Below, in pieces: positions 1 to 11,302 of a stretch of DNA of 46,650 nt. A program made the position numbers and the translations under genes. Source of the stretch: a virus (taxonomy: Duplodnaviria > Caudoviricetes). The stretch lies in IMG/VR virus record IMGVR_UViG_3300025429_000029, positions 1-46,650 of that record; one strand, 5' to 3'. Position 1 is the first letter of the stretch, and the number at the start of each line of letters is the position of its first letter. A model generated the notes under the pieces. That model did no database searches. It saw nothing but the letters and a program-made list of their open reading frames with translations, and was not told where the DNA came from.

Positions 1-1
1 C

Positions 2-3000
2 GGCACACGTGATAGCGAACTAGGTTTTGCACTTACATATAAAAGTATTGGCAATCTAGGTGATATTGTTTTTGAAAACTTCTATGAAACTGATACATTT
101 GATTACAACTTAAATCAAGTTGACCAAGTTCGTAATATCAACAGCGGCTATGCTGCTGTTATATCTAGTTGGAATAATTATAGTTTTGCTAATGGTTGGT
201 ATCGTGTAAGTGATAAAAGCAAACAGTATATTGCGCAATCTTTCACAACAACCGCCGTATCAATAAACAATTTTGACCTTAAGACTGTGTATTCTAATAG
301 TTTTTATGAAACAAATTTGTTTGTTTATGTTAATGGTATACTGCAACCTATTACTAATTATAAACTTACTACAAATAACACAACTTCTGTGCTAGTGTTT
401 AACAACGATCTGGCTGTAGGTGATCGTGTATTTGTTAAGATTTATGGCACTACACAAAACTATAACACAACTTATACTATGCCAAAAAATCTCACTAATA
501 ACAGTGAGAACACAGAATTTTCTACTATTACACTAGGACAGTTACGCAACCACTTAATTGAAATTGGTGAAAATTTATTGAATTTAAGTGGTGAACCCGC
601 AGGCGCAAACAACTTCCGTGATCTTAATTTTAATTATGTTGGTGGCAAGTTGCTGCAACACAGTGCTTCACTAAGACCTGCTGCGCTGTTGTTTGCTAAT
701 CAAGATGTAGACCCTATTCAAATACTACGTTATGCAACCGATAGTTATGTAAATTTCAAAAACCAATTGATGTCATATATCAATAACACACAGTTTACAG
801 ATACAACAAATTACAGTGCGTGTTTAGATTTAGTTCTTAAAAACTTTACTGATCTAGCCAACAGCGGTGCGCCATTCTACTATACAGATATGATTGCTAG
901 CGGCAGCAATTACACTAGTAATTCATATACAGTATCAAACACAAACTATCGCAGATATAACTTAATCTACAACTTAAATGATGACATAAAAGGTTATCGT
1001 AGTTTGTTAGTATATCTAAACGGTGTTCTACTATTAAAAAATATAGATTATACTATTGAATCAACTGTTGTTGCTATCAGTAAAAATGTTACTTTAAACC
1101 GTAATGATGTTATTACAATTGTAGAGTATGAATCAACACTTGGATGTAATGTGCCAGCAACACCTACAAAACTAGGCATATATCCTAAGTTTGAACCGCA
1201 GATAGTTACTGATAACACTTATATTACTCCTACAATTACAGTAGTAGGTCATGATGGCAGCATTAGCGTAGGTTATGGTGATTATCGTGATAATATTCTT
1301 CTTGAATTTGAAAAGCGCGTATTCAATAACATTACTACTACATATGCAGATGATAGTGACGTAGACCTTAGTGCTACTGTGCCTGGCGCATTCCGCAAAA
1401 CTGACTATACTATTACAGAGTGGACACAGTTGCTTGCGCCTGAATTTTTACGTTGGTCAAACAGCAATAGCGTTGATATTTTTACAAATAATACTGCAAA
1501 TGAAAATCGTTTTACTTGGAATTATAGCAGCGGTGTAGATAATCTTTTCTATAGCAGCGTGCCTGGCAACTGGCGCGCTATCTACAAATATTTTTATGAT
1601 ACTGACAGACCGCACACTAATCCTTGGGAAATGCTAGGTTTTACATTTAAGCCAAGTTGGTGGGATTTGCGTTATGGACCAGCACCATACAGCAGCGCAA
1701 ATAATGTGCTATGGGGTGATCTAGAATTAGGTTTTGTATATGGCGGTAATCCACTTGCTAGTTATGTAAATCCACGCTATACACGACCAGGTTTAAGCAA
1801 AATTATACCTGTTGATGAACATGGTAATTTGCTATCACCTATACAAGTTTTAGTTACAAATTACGATGCTAATAATGCTACCCAAAATTGGGTAGTAGGC
1901 GACCAAGGACCAGCAGAAACTGCATGGCGTCGTAGCAGCAGTTATCCATTTGCTGTTATGATTGCATGGTGTTTGGCTAGACCAGCAGAATGGTGTGCGT
2001 TAAAGTATAATACACGTGATTTAACTTATAATAGCAAACTTAATCAATTTATTAACAGCACAACTAATAATCGTCAGTTTAATTTTGCGGTTACTGATGC
2101 TACCAGTTATATACCTGGCTTTAACGTATTGCTGCGTGATTATCTTACTAGTAATAACCTCGATGTAACAGAAAATTGGTTAAATGTAGTAGCAAATAGC
2201 ACATTTAACTTAGTTTATAAAATGGGTGCTTTTACAGACAAAAGTTATCTAAACATCGTGGCTGATCAAGTTAGTCCGCAAAGCACTAACAGCAGTGTTA
2301 TAATTCCACAAGAAAATTATCGCATAGCAGTTACAAAAAGCGCACCTATTAGTCGTGCTGTGTATAGCGCAGTAATTGTGCAGAAAGTAACTAATGGTTA
2401 TCAGATTAGTGGTTTTGATCGTGAGCGTCCTTATTTTATTACTGTTCCTAGTTTAGTAAACAACAATAATTATGGCATTACTGTAGGCAGCGAAACTGCT
2501 ATAGTATATCTAGATAGTTCAACTGGATTAATCACATATCCATATGGTACTATTTTTAGCACACAACAACAAGTCGTAGACTTTTTGGTAAGTTATGGTC
2601 GTTACCTAGAATCACAAGGGTTTTCATTTAATGATATGTTAGGTGATAATACTACAAAAAGTGATTGGGTTCTAGCAGCAAAAGAATTTTTATTTTGGAA
2701 TCAACAAAACTGGGGCGGCGATACTATCATCTCGCTAACACCAGCAGGCATTAATATTAACTTTACTACACAGTTTGGTGCTATTGATAAACTTACCAAT
2801 ACCAATAGCTATACAAAAGTTATTGACAGCGATAACATTACGCTTACTGGTCGTGATTATCGTGTGTATCGTGATGGCAACAACTTTACGCTTACACTTA
2901 AAAATACACAAAAAGGCATACATCTGTTAGATTTGATAGTTGTGCAGTATGAGCATACTATTATCTTTGATAACAATACAGTTTTTAATGATGTGCTGTA

Positions 3001-6000
3001 TGATGAACAAGTTGGCAGTCGTCAATTTAGATTGCGTATCAGCGGCAGTAAAACTGCTAACTGGGATGGTTCGCTTACTGCGCCTGGTTTCTTTGTTAAT
3101 GTTACCCAAGTTCCTGAATGGCAATCATATACCGACTACTACACAGGCGATATAGTTTTGTTCAAAGGCAAGTATTATGCTGCGCAAAACTTCTTGCCTG
3201 GTTCACAGTTCTTTAAGAGCAGCGACTGGTATGAAATTAATGGCAACTTGCTAAGCAAGAATTTAATACCTAACATGGCAAGTGGTGCTGCGCAGTTCAT
3301 TAACTTCCATAATCCTGATGCTATTGATTTGAATAGTGCTGCCGATGCGCTTAGCAAAAGTGAAACAGGATTCACACCACGTCAATACTTTACTGATTTA
3401 GGTTTAGATATTACAACACAATACAAATTCTATCTTGGTATGATTGCACAAAAAGGCACACAAAGTGTGTTTAATGCTTATCTACGCAATCAACAAAGTC
3501 GTATTGATAGCTATATCACGCTTAACGAACAGTGGGCAATTAAGTTAGACAATTATGGCGGCACTAGTAATGTTGATAAACTAGAGTTTAATATTGGCAA
3601 CAGCAAAACTATTAATAACAACTACTTGTTTGAATTTGCAAATAGCGGTGATGCAAGTCGTAGCGATCTAAACACAGTTAAGCCTAATGACCTGCTATAT
3701 GTGCCATCTACATATACGCCAAATATTTTTGCTGCTAGCGAATATAACCCTAATATTATTGATACTGCTGGTCCTGTTAATATTAATGATATAAGCGCAA
3801 GTGTATTTGATATTAATAAGATTTTCAATATCAGTTCGCTATCACCACAACTTTATGAAAGCAGCAAGATTTGGATTGCTAGTGATAATGCAAACCGTTG
3901 GGGCGTGTATCGTCTTAGCCAAACCAATAATATTGCTATTACTGGCGTGTCACAAGTTTCACCAAGCGAATTACAATTTACAGCAAGCGGACCACACTAT
4001 CTTGCACAATATGATTATGTGCTGCTGAATAATGGCAAGTTAATTGCTAGCAACAGCACAACTAACGTAACTGATTTAAGTGGTTTCTATCGTGTAAGCG
4101 CCGTAACTAATAACACATTTAATGTGCGTATCACTAATAATACTACTGTAGGTAACGGTCCTCTAAATGCAATAGTATATAAACTAACTAACATTAGATT
4201 TACAACTGGCGTTGATTTTTCAAACTATGTGCCTGCACGTGGTTGGTTTAATAATGAGATAGTTTATATTGATAACGGTTCAAACGGTTATAATGTTATA
4301 CAAAATACAAATAACTGGAACTATAATCAACTTAAAAGTCCTGTATTCACACAACCTAGTGATAACTTTGGCAGCAGCATTAAAATTAATAGCACACAAG
4401 GGTTTGCGCTTGTAGGCAGCACTAATAAAAATACAACAGGTAGTGCTTATGTTTATACCAAGCGTCAAGACAATACTTGGCAAGAAATTGGTATTTTATC
4501 ACCAGATAGCAGAATTGGTGGTTTTGGTGCTAATGTTGACATCAACAATAATAATATTGGATTTATTAGCGCACCAACAAACTTAAAAGGCATGGTTTAT
4601 GTAGCAAACGTTAATAGTCAACAAATTGCTGCACGTCAAATCATACACTATGATAATCTTTATGTGCTAAGTGCTGGCTTTACACAAAGTAATGCTTACT
4701 TACTTGTTGCAAATGTTACTACATTTGATAGCACAGCAAATATTGCGGCCAGCGCAAATTATAGCCTATCAAACTTTGCTAATGGTATGATTGTAGCAGT
4801 GCCTGGCGCTACTACAACTGTTACGATAGCAAACATATCAACTGGATATCCATACAATAAAATTGGTTTAACTGCTAATCTAGCATCACAAGGCGTTTCA
4901 ATTTCTGGCGGAACCAAAATCGCTATCTATCCAAATGTCAATCCTAGCAGTTCTTTTGGCTATTCAATTAGCGCAAGTAAAGACAGCAATTGGTTGTTTA
5001 TCGGTGAACCTGCAACTAATAGTGTATATGCATACAAATATACAAATGTATCACCAACTACTACTACACGTATAGGTGATGGCAGCACAACTGCATTTAC
5101 ATATCCAGCAGGCGTGCCAACTGGATTAGTGGCTAATGATTTGCAAGTTTATGTAAATGGCGTGCTGCAAGTTCCAAACTTAGATTATATTCGTGCTCCA
5201 GGCCAAGATGTAGTGCTATTTGATGTAGCACCGCCACTTAATGCTACTATTACTATAAATTATACTCCTTATTATCAAGAAGCAAATAGAATTATCACAA
5301 GCGATGCTAATGCAAGTAGTTTTGGAAGTAGCGTAAGCACAAATTATGATGGAACTGTAGTAGCAGTGGGTGCTCCAAACAGCACAGCAATCTTTAGTTC
5401 TACTATTACTAGCAGCGGTAAAACATATGTGTTTGAACGCACAAGTGAAATCTTTACTGCAAATGGCAGCACCAATAATTTTAGTTTAAGCAACGCTTTT
5501 GCTAATAGTGCTACAATCACTACTCCATATTTGACTAGTCGTCCAACTGTAACAGTAGACGGTGTTATTGCTGCTTTCAGTATGGATTATGTGAATAATA
5601 TTGTTACACTTGCCACCACACCTACAAATGGCGCAAAAGTCACAGTTGCAACTAACCAATTTGTTCAAACACTAGTAGCAAATACAGATGCTGCACAACA
5701 AAACAGCAGTCTTGGAACAAAAGTTGTGCTTAGCGCCGATGGTAACAGATTGTTTAGTGCTGCGGTTGGCTATGGTTTAGGCAACAATCAAAATGGTGTA
5801 ATCTACTATTATGTTAACACTTCAAAAAAATACAGAACTATTACTGGCTCAGCCAATAGTTTTGTGCTAAGTGCTAATAGTTCGCTGCGTATTAATAATT
5901 ACCTTGTTAAATTTGGTGCAGACACGCCACAAGTGGCTGTGCAACGTATTAATAGTGCGAGCATTCCATATGTAACTGCAAATCTGCTTGCTAATGGCTC

Positions 6001-9000
6001 AATTACTATTAGCGATAGCGATATGACATCAAAGTTAAGTTTGCGAAACGAAGTTGGTGATCCGCTTGGTGTCATGGGATTAAACCAGTGGCTTAGTGTT
6101 CAACGTATAGTAAATCCTGTATCACAGGACATTGCTCGTTTTGGTGAAAACATGAGTATTAGTCCTGATGGCAATACGCTTGTAGTAGGCAGCACACTTT
6201 CTAATACTAAAACTACTGTTACATTTGATAATAATACTACAATATTTGATAATGGTGGATTGCGTTATCGTGATACAGTTTATAAATCAGGTGCAGCACA
6301 TATTTATGAATATCAAGCATTAGCAAGCGAAAGTCCTAGTGTTGTAGGAGCATTTGCTTATGGTACGCTGCTTAATGACTCTAATGCACATAGTTATGAT
6401 CGTTATGCTAGTGGTATTGATATTAACAATAACTTTATTATGGTAGGTGCGCCACAAGCATATGTGTTAAACAATAGCACAGGTGCTATGTATGTGTATT
6501 ACAATAAGAATGCACAACCAATATGGCAAACTATTCGCAGCGATGGCAACGATTTTGATAGCAGAAAAGTAAATCGTGTGTATATCTATAACAGCACAAC
6601 AGCAAAACTAATTGCTGATTTGCCAGTATATGATTTAACACATGGCATACTGCCTGATAATGCAGAAGAATATATTGATTATGTTATCAATTATGATCCA
6701 TCAGTTTATAATGTAGTTCCTACTGCAACAAGTTTTAGTTATAATCGTAACAGCGCATGGGGCAAAGAAAAAGTAGGCAAATTATGGTGGGATATCAATA
6801 GTATCAAATACTATGATAATACACAAGGCGATAATCTACAAAAGTTTAGTTATTATGGTCTAGCATTTCCTGGCAGTCGTGTTAAGATTTATGAGTGGAT
6901 TGAAAGCGATGTTCAACCAAAAGATTATGTAGGCAGCAACGCAGCCAACACGCCACTTTATACTATTAATGATGTATATACTGCACGCACAGACATAGAT
7001 GAAAAAACAGGACAACCTGTTACAAAGTATTATTTCTGGGTGTTAAACAGCGTGTTAAGCAACAGCACACGACCTAGTGCTTATGAATTACAAAATATAC
7101 TTTCAAGTCCAAAGAATAGTGGTCAGCCATTTGCGGCTGTTGTAAGCAGTAATGCAATAGGACTGTTTAATATTCAAGACTTAACTAGTATTGATACAAA
7201 TTGTGTGATTGAATACAAGAAAGACCTTAAATCACAACTTGTTCATAGTGAATGGACGTTGTTTGATGATGGTAGTGATCTTGGCGTTGCGCGTGAGTTC
7301 TTAGATAAACTTAAAGACAGTTTAGGTGGTCAGGATGTAAGCGGTCGTATCGTGCCTAATCCTAATTTACCTATTGCTCAAAAATATGGTTACGATGTTA
7401 TTAAGCGTCAAACCTTCTTCAAAGATCAATATACAGCAAGAAAACTATATTGTGAAAATATTAATGAAGTCTTTACACAATATCCTATTGTTCTTACTCG
7501 TAGCGATGCTATCACATTCTTGAATGATTATGATCCGTTGCCTACGCCTGACCAATATGTCAAAAGTGTTGCTAACATTACTGAACTTGGTTATTTGGAT
7601 GTAAATTATTATCATAATAACGATCAAGTGCTAGTAGTTAATGATTCTACAAACTATAATAGTGGTTGGAGTTTGTATAAACTAGTGGTTAATAGCACAG
7701 TTAATACTAGAATCTGGCAGTTAGTTCGTGTTCAAACATATGATTTGCGTAATTATTGGAGTTATGCAGATTGGTATAGCCCTGAATATAATTCACAATT
7801 TCCAATTACGCATACAGTCAATACTGAACTGGATATTGCAAACCTAACACTTAATGTTAATGACATTATCTATATTCAAACCAGCAATAATGGCGGCTGG
7901 AAGCAAGTTTTAGTTACACAGAATAATCTAAATCTGTTAGCACAACAAAATGCTACGATTAAACTTAATGCTAATTTGTATGACCTTAACAATAGTGGTT
8001 TAGGTTTCCAAACCAGTAGTTTCCAAAACGTTGGTTTTGACAGCGATAATGGTATTGAGTTTAGAAAAATATTTGATGTAATCAAAGATCATATCTTAAT
8101 CGCAGATTTCAGAAGCAATTTCAAAGATGCTATTAAACTTATGATTAATACTATGGCAACACAACATCAGCAAACAGATTGGTTAATGAAGACTAGTCTT
8201 GTTGATTTGTATCATCGTGTGCGTGGACTAGACCAATTACCAGTTTATCTGCCACAGCCTGAAAATACAGTTGTTAATTTCTTTAACGAAGTCAAACCAT
8301 TCCATACCAAACTTAAACAGTATATTGCAAAATATGATAATAGTAATGCAGTTGATATTAACTATAATCGTATTACAGACTTTGATTTGCAACCATATAA
8401 AAATAGTGTGACTAAAACTTATCGCAGTCCACAACTTGGTAATAGTTTAGATACTTCTGCTTTTACTAATGCTGTTTATCAACCTTGGTTGACAAACCAT
8501 ACATTTAGTGTTGAGCGTATTGATACTATAAATGGTGGCGTGGGTTATGATGCATCTACAACAGTAACTATTGTTGGTGATGGTGTTGGGGCTACAGCAC
8601 GCGCTACAATACTTAACGGCAGCATATACACTATTCAAATGCTTACAAACGGCACAAGTTATACATATGCAAAAGTTCAAATCTATGGCGTAGGTAGCGG
8701 CGCAAGTGCAACAGCAATACTAGGTCAAAGTTTAGCACGTAGTATGACTACATTTGTAAAATATGATCGTTATCAATATTTCCAAAATATAAGTGATTGG
8801 GCTGCTAACACTGCTTATGCGATTGATAGCGTTATTGTTTATGCTGCTGAACCTTACAGAACTGTAGTAAATCATACAAGCACAAGCACATTTGATGCTA
8901 CTAAGTTTGTGCCACTGCGTGTAAAAGTCTGGTATCCACTAACGCAATATGCAGCAAATGATATTGTAGTTTATAAGAACACAAGTTATAAAGTCACTGT

Positions 9001-11302
9001 AGAGTTTACTAGTGGTTTGCTGTTTGATACAAATAACTTAACAAGTTATAACGGTCTTTGGTTAGATAATGCTTGTGACCGTATTTGGGCTTATTATGCG
9101 CCTACTAGCGGTATGGTTGGTCGTGATTTATCACAACTTATGACTGGTATTACATATAGCGGCAATCAAATAATTGGTCCTAACTTTAATCAAGAACCAG
9201 GCTATGATGTCAATAATTATGATTATATTCCATATGATTATAGCACCAAGAATGTTGAAAACGTAATTGACATTTTTGGTAATCAAGCCGAAGATACCTA
9301 TATCCAAAGTTTCTTTACTGATAGCGGATTAGGTTTGCGTCCAGAAGATATTAATATTTTAGGTGGAGATTTTTATGATGCTTATAGCAGTCACGCACCA
9401 GAAGAATTAATACCTGGTCAAGTTCTAGATACGCTTGATATCCGTGTCAAAACTCTTCCTAGTATTAATGGTGGTCCTGATATTAAAATCTTCACATATG
9501 TATATCAAGGCAATAAGTCAATTGTTTTTGATCCAAATGTTACTGGTGTTTCTTATCCTGTAGGTGGCATAGAAAAGTTTTATGTTATTGATGCAAACTT
9601 TGGTCCTATTGCCGAAGGCGTTGATTATACAGTTAACTACCAAAATAAAACTATTAACTTGAATTATAACCCGATCAAAGGCGATGCAATTTATATCTTG
9701 ATGATTGGTTCTAATGGTAAAAATCCTGTATTTGATATTGACGTAGTAGGCGATGGCGTTACTACTGATTTTGAAATATTTGATTTTACTCTTAATAGCG
9801 TAGAGCAAGCATATGTAAAGGTTAATGGCAGCGTAGTTTCAAATTATAGTTTAGTAAACAAATTACTAAATGGTAAAACTGTTCTAACAGTAAGATTTGC
9901 TACTCCACCAAATAGTGGTGATTTTATACAAATTCACTTATATAACCTTGCGCTAGGCACACGTGCTTATAGCGAATGGTATGAACAAACATTCTATATT
10001 ACAACACCGAGTTATCCTGGCACTTATAATTTCACGCTACAAAATCCTGAAATTTATGTGCAACCTTATAGTGCATATCCTATTGTAAGATTAAACGGTA
10101 GTGATTTGAAACCACCACAGCAAACTTATATTGTAGCAGATGGCGTAAGTTCAAGTTACAGCATGAGCAGCGATTGGGTAGAAAATATCTCAATAATCAC
10201 AAATAGCGAAATTATTGTTACTGTTAATAATGTAGTGCAAGTTCAAGGTATTGATTATACCATTTATCATGATCCTACAAATACAGTTATGCCTGTAATA
10301 AACTTTACTGCTGTGCCTACTACCAATAGTTTAATCGTTATTAGCGATAGCAGTCAAAGTGATTTTAAGATTTATGATGGCGTTAACTTGTGGATTAATC
10401 AAAAAGTCAACATACTTTCTAACAGCATATTAACTGTGCTTACACAAGGCAACCATGATGTAAATCAACAATATACTCATCTGTATAGCGGCAGCACACA
10501 AAGCCTATCTATCATAGACTTAGGTTTAGATGGTCTTGGTATTGATACTACAGGTTTTGACTTTAATACTAGCAACGTAATTGGTCAAGCATATTATAAT
10601 CTACCTACAAGCGTTACAAACATTAATCAACTTTATGTAACTCTGACACAACCAGGTGCAACAGGTGGTAAGATTCTTTTACCTTATCAAGATTATAAAC
10701 TAGTGACACCAACTATTATTACTCTTGATCCTAATCTAAACGTAACTGCTAGTAGTTTAGTAACTGTGCGTATATTTGGTTCACCGATTCGTGAAAGAAC
10801 AATAGAGTTTAGAATTTTCAAAGATATGCGTGATGTTGTGCGTTATTATGCTGTAAAATCTACTATACCTGTGCTTACACGAGATTTGAATAAGTCAGAT
10901 GCTTACATTTATGTTGATGATGTTAATTTGATTCAAAACAGTTCGCTAAGAGAAAATGATTTTGGCGTAGTGCTTATAAATGGTGAACGTATAGCATTTG
11001 GATTTATTGATTATGCTAATAACAGACTAGGCAATATACGTCGTGGTATTGCTGGCACAGGTATTCCACAAACTCATCAATTAGGAACACGTGTGATTGA
11101 TAGTGGCAGTTCGCTTGAAATTCCTAATACACGTGAAACTTTAACAAAAATTGGTTATGCAACATATATTACAAACGGCAAAACAAATACTCTACTGCCA
11201 GCAAATTCATATGTTCGTCAGGGACAACTGCTAACTAATATAGGTGAAAGTATATTCACAAGCAATACCAATTATGCACAGTTTATTAGGTCACAAAAAT
11301 GA
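2..11302 (+). CDS. Giant virion structural protein (baseplate/tail-associated), 5'-truncated by the window edge
   Basis: Frame 2 is open from base 2 (GTRDSELGFALTYKSIGNLG...) through the GTG called at 287, so the true start lies upstream. Contains FG-GAP-like blades (FGSSIKIN, FGYSISAS, FGSSVSTN..VAVGAP, FGENMSIS), CBM5/12-like W..Y..GD.V.Y repeats, GDG.TT.F/VYVNGV.Q repeats and an NGG.GY motif. Confidence 0.8.
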   Translation, partial: GTRDSELGFALTYKSIGNLGDIVFENFYETDTFDYNLNQVDQVRNINSGYAAVISSWNNYSFANGWYRVSDKSKQYIAQSFTTTAVSINNFDLKTVYSNSFYETNLFVYVNGILQPITNYKLTTNNTTSVLVFNNDLAVGDRVFVKIYGTTQNYNTTYTMPKNLTNNSENTEFSTITLGQLRNHLIEIGENLLNLSGEPAGANNFRDLNFNYVGGKLLQHSASLRPAALLFANQDVDPIQILRYATDSYVNFKNQLMSYINNTQFTDTTNYSACLDLVLKNFTDLANSGAPFYYTDMIASGSNYTSNSYTVSNTNYRRYNLIYNLNDDIKGYRSLLVYLNGVLLLKNIDYTIESTVVAISKNVTLNRNDVITIVEYESTLGCNVPATPTKLGIYPKFEPQIVTDNTYITPTITVVGHDGSISVGYGDYRDNILLEFEKRVFNNITTTYADDSDVDLSATVPGAFRKTDYTITEWTQLLAPEFLRWSNSNSVDIFTNNTANENRFTWNYSSGVDNLFYSSVPGNWRAIYKYFYDTDRPHTNPWEMLGFTFKPSWWDLRYGPAPYSSANNVLWGDLELGFVYGGNPLASYVNPRYTRPGLSKIIPVDEHGNLLSPIQVLVTNYDANNATQNWVVGDQGPAETAWRRSSSYPFAVMIAWCLARPAEWCALKYNTRDLTYNSKLNQFINSTTNNRQFNFAVTDATSYIPGFNVLLRDYLTSNNLDVTENWLNVVANSTFNLVYKMGAFTDKSYLNIVADQVSPQSTNSSVIIPQENYRIAVTKSAPISRAVYSAVIVQKVTNGYQISGFDRERPYFITVPSLVNNNNYGITVGSETAIVYLDSSTGLITYPYGTIFSTQQQVVDFLVSYGRYLESQGFSFNDMLGDNTTKSDWVLAAKEFLFWNQQNWGGDTIISLTPAGININFTTQFGAIDKLTNTNSYTKVIDSDNITLTGRDYRVYRDGNNFTLTLKNTQKGIHLLDLIVVQYEHTIIFDNNTVFNDVLYDEQVGSRQFRLRISGSKTANWDGSLTAPGFFVNVTQVPEWQSYTDYYTGDIVLFKGKYYAAQNFLPGSQFFKSSDWYEINGNLLSKNLIPNMASGAAQFINFHNPDAIDLNSAADALSKSETGFTPRQYFTDLGLDITTQYKFYLGMIAQKGTQSVFNAYLRNQQSRIDSYITLNEQWAIKLDNYGGTSNVDKLEFNIGNSKTINNNYLFEFANSGDASRSDLNTVKPNDLLYVPSTYTPNIFAASEYNPNIIDTAGPVNINDISASVFDINKIFNISSLSPQLYESSKIWIASDNANRWGVYRLSQTNNIAITGVSQVSPSELQFTASGPHYLAQYDYVLLNNGKLIASNSTTNVTDLSGFYRVSAVTNNTFNVRITNNTTVGNGPLNAIVYKLTNIRFTTGVDFSNYVPARGWFNNEIVYIDNGSNGYNVIQNTNNWNYNQLKSPVFTQPSDNFGSSIKINSTQGFALVGSTNKNTTGSAYVYTKRQDNTWQEIGILSPDSRIGGFGANVDINNNNIGFISAPTNLKGMVYVANVNSQQIAARQIIHYDNLYVLSAGFTQSNAYLLVANVTTFDSTANIAASANYSLSNFANGMIVAVPGATTTVTIANISTGYPYNKIGLTANLASQGVSISGGTKIAIYPNVNPSSSFGYSISASKDSNWLFIGEPATNSVYAYKYTNVSPTTTTRIGDGSTTAFTYPAGVPTGLVANDLQVYVNGVLQVPNLDYIRAPGQDVVLFDVAPPLNATITINYTPYYQEANRIITSDANASSFGSSVSTNYDGTVVAVGAPNSTAIFSSTITSSGKTYVFERTSEIFTANGSTNNFSLSNAFANSATITTPYLTSRPTVTVDGVIAAFSMDYVNNIVTLATTPTNGAKVTVATNQFVQTLVANTDAAQQNSSLGTKVVLSADGNRLFSAAVGYGLGNNQNGVIYYYVNTSKKYRTITGSANSFVLSANSSLRINNYLVKFGADTPQVAVQRINSASIPYVTANLLANGSITISDSDMTSKLSLRNEVGDPLGVMGLNQWLSVQRIVNPVSQDIARFGENMSISPDGNTLVVGSTLSNTKTTVTFDNNTTIFDNGGLRYRDTVYKSGAAHIYEYQALASESPSVVGAFAYGTLLNDSNAHSYDRYASGIDINNNFIMVGAPQAYVLNNSTGAMYVYYNKNAQPIWQTIRSDGNDFDSRKVNRVYIYNSTTAKLIADLPVYDLTHGILPDNAEEYIDYVINYDPSVYNVVPTATSFSYNRNSAWGKEKVGKLWWDINSIKYYDNTQGDNLQKFSYYGLAFPGSRVKIYEWIESDVQPKDYVGSNAANTPLYTINDVYTARTDIDEKTGQPVTKYYFWVLNSVLSNSTRPSAYELQNILSSPKNSGQPFAAVVSSNAIGLFNIQDLTSIDTNCVIEYKKDLKSQLVHSEWTLFDDGSDLGVAREFLDKLKDSLGGQDVSGRIVPNPNLPIAQKYGYDVIKRQTFFKDQYTARKLYCENINEVFTQYPIVLTRSDAITFLNDYDPLPTPDQYVKSVANITELGYLDVNYYHNNDQVLVVNDSTNYNSGWSLYKLVVNSTVNTRIWQLVRVQTYDLRNYWSYADWYSPEYNSQFPITHTVNTELDIANLTLNVNDIIYIQTSNNGGWKQVLVTQNNLNLLAQQNATIKLNANLYDLNNSGLGFQTSSFQNVGFDSDNGIEFRKIFDVIKDHILIADFRSNFKDAIKLMINTMATQHQQTDWLMKTSLVDLYHRVRGLDQLPVYLPQPENTVVNFFNEVKPFHTKLKQYIAKYDNSNAVDINYNRITDFDLQPYKNSVTKTYRSPQLGNSLDTSAFTNAVYQPWLTNHTFSVERIDTINGGVGYDASTTVTIVGDGVGATARATILNGSIYTIQMLTNGTSYTYAKVQIYGVGSGASATAILGQSLARSMTTFVKYDRYQYFQNISDWAANTAYAIDSVIVYAAEPYRTVVNHTSTSTFDATKFVPLRVKVWYPLTQYAANDIVVYKNTSYKVTVEFTSGLLFDTNNLTSYNGLWLDNACDRIWAYYAPTSGMVGRDLSQLMTGITYSGNQIIGPNFNQEPGYDVNNYDYIPYDYSTKNVENVIDIFGNQAEDTYIQSFFTDSGLGLRPEDINILGGDFYDAYSSHAPEELIPGQVLDTLDIRVKTLPSINGGPDIKIFTYVYQGNKSIVFDPNVTGVSYPVGGIEKFYVIDANFGPIAEGVDYTVNYQNKTINLNYNPIKGDAIYILMIGSNGKNPVFDIDVVGDGVTTDFEIFDFTLNSVEQAYVKVNGSVVSNYSLVNKLLNGKTVLTVRFATPPNSGDFIQIHLYNLALGTRAYSEWYEQTFYITTPSYPGTYNFTLQNPEIYVQPYSAYPIVRLNGSDLKPPQQTYIVADGVSSSYSMSSDWVENISIITNSEIIVTVNNVVQVQGIDYTIYHDPTNTVMPVINFTAVPTTNSLIVISDSSQSDFKIYDGVNLWINQKVNILSNSILTVLTQGNHDVNQQYTHLYSGSTQSLSIIDLGLDGLGIDTTGFDFNTSNVIGQAYYNLPTSVTNINQLYVTLTQPGATGGKILLPYQDYKLVTPTIITLDPNLNVTASSLVTVRIFGSPIRERTIEFRIFKDMRDVVRYYAVKSTIPVLTRDLNKSDAYIYVDDVNLIQNSSLRENDFGVVLINGERIAFGFIDYANNRLGNIRRGIAGTGIPQTHQLGTRVIDSGSSLEIPNTRETLTKIGYATYITNGKTNTLLPANSYVRQGQLLTNIGESIFTSNTNYAQFIRSQK

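Noticed and set aside
287-289. GTG start assigned to the giant ORF
   Set aside because: The frame is open back to base 2, so the true start is outside the window.
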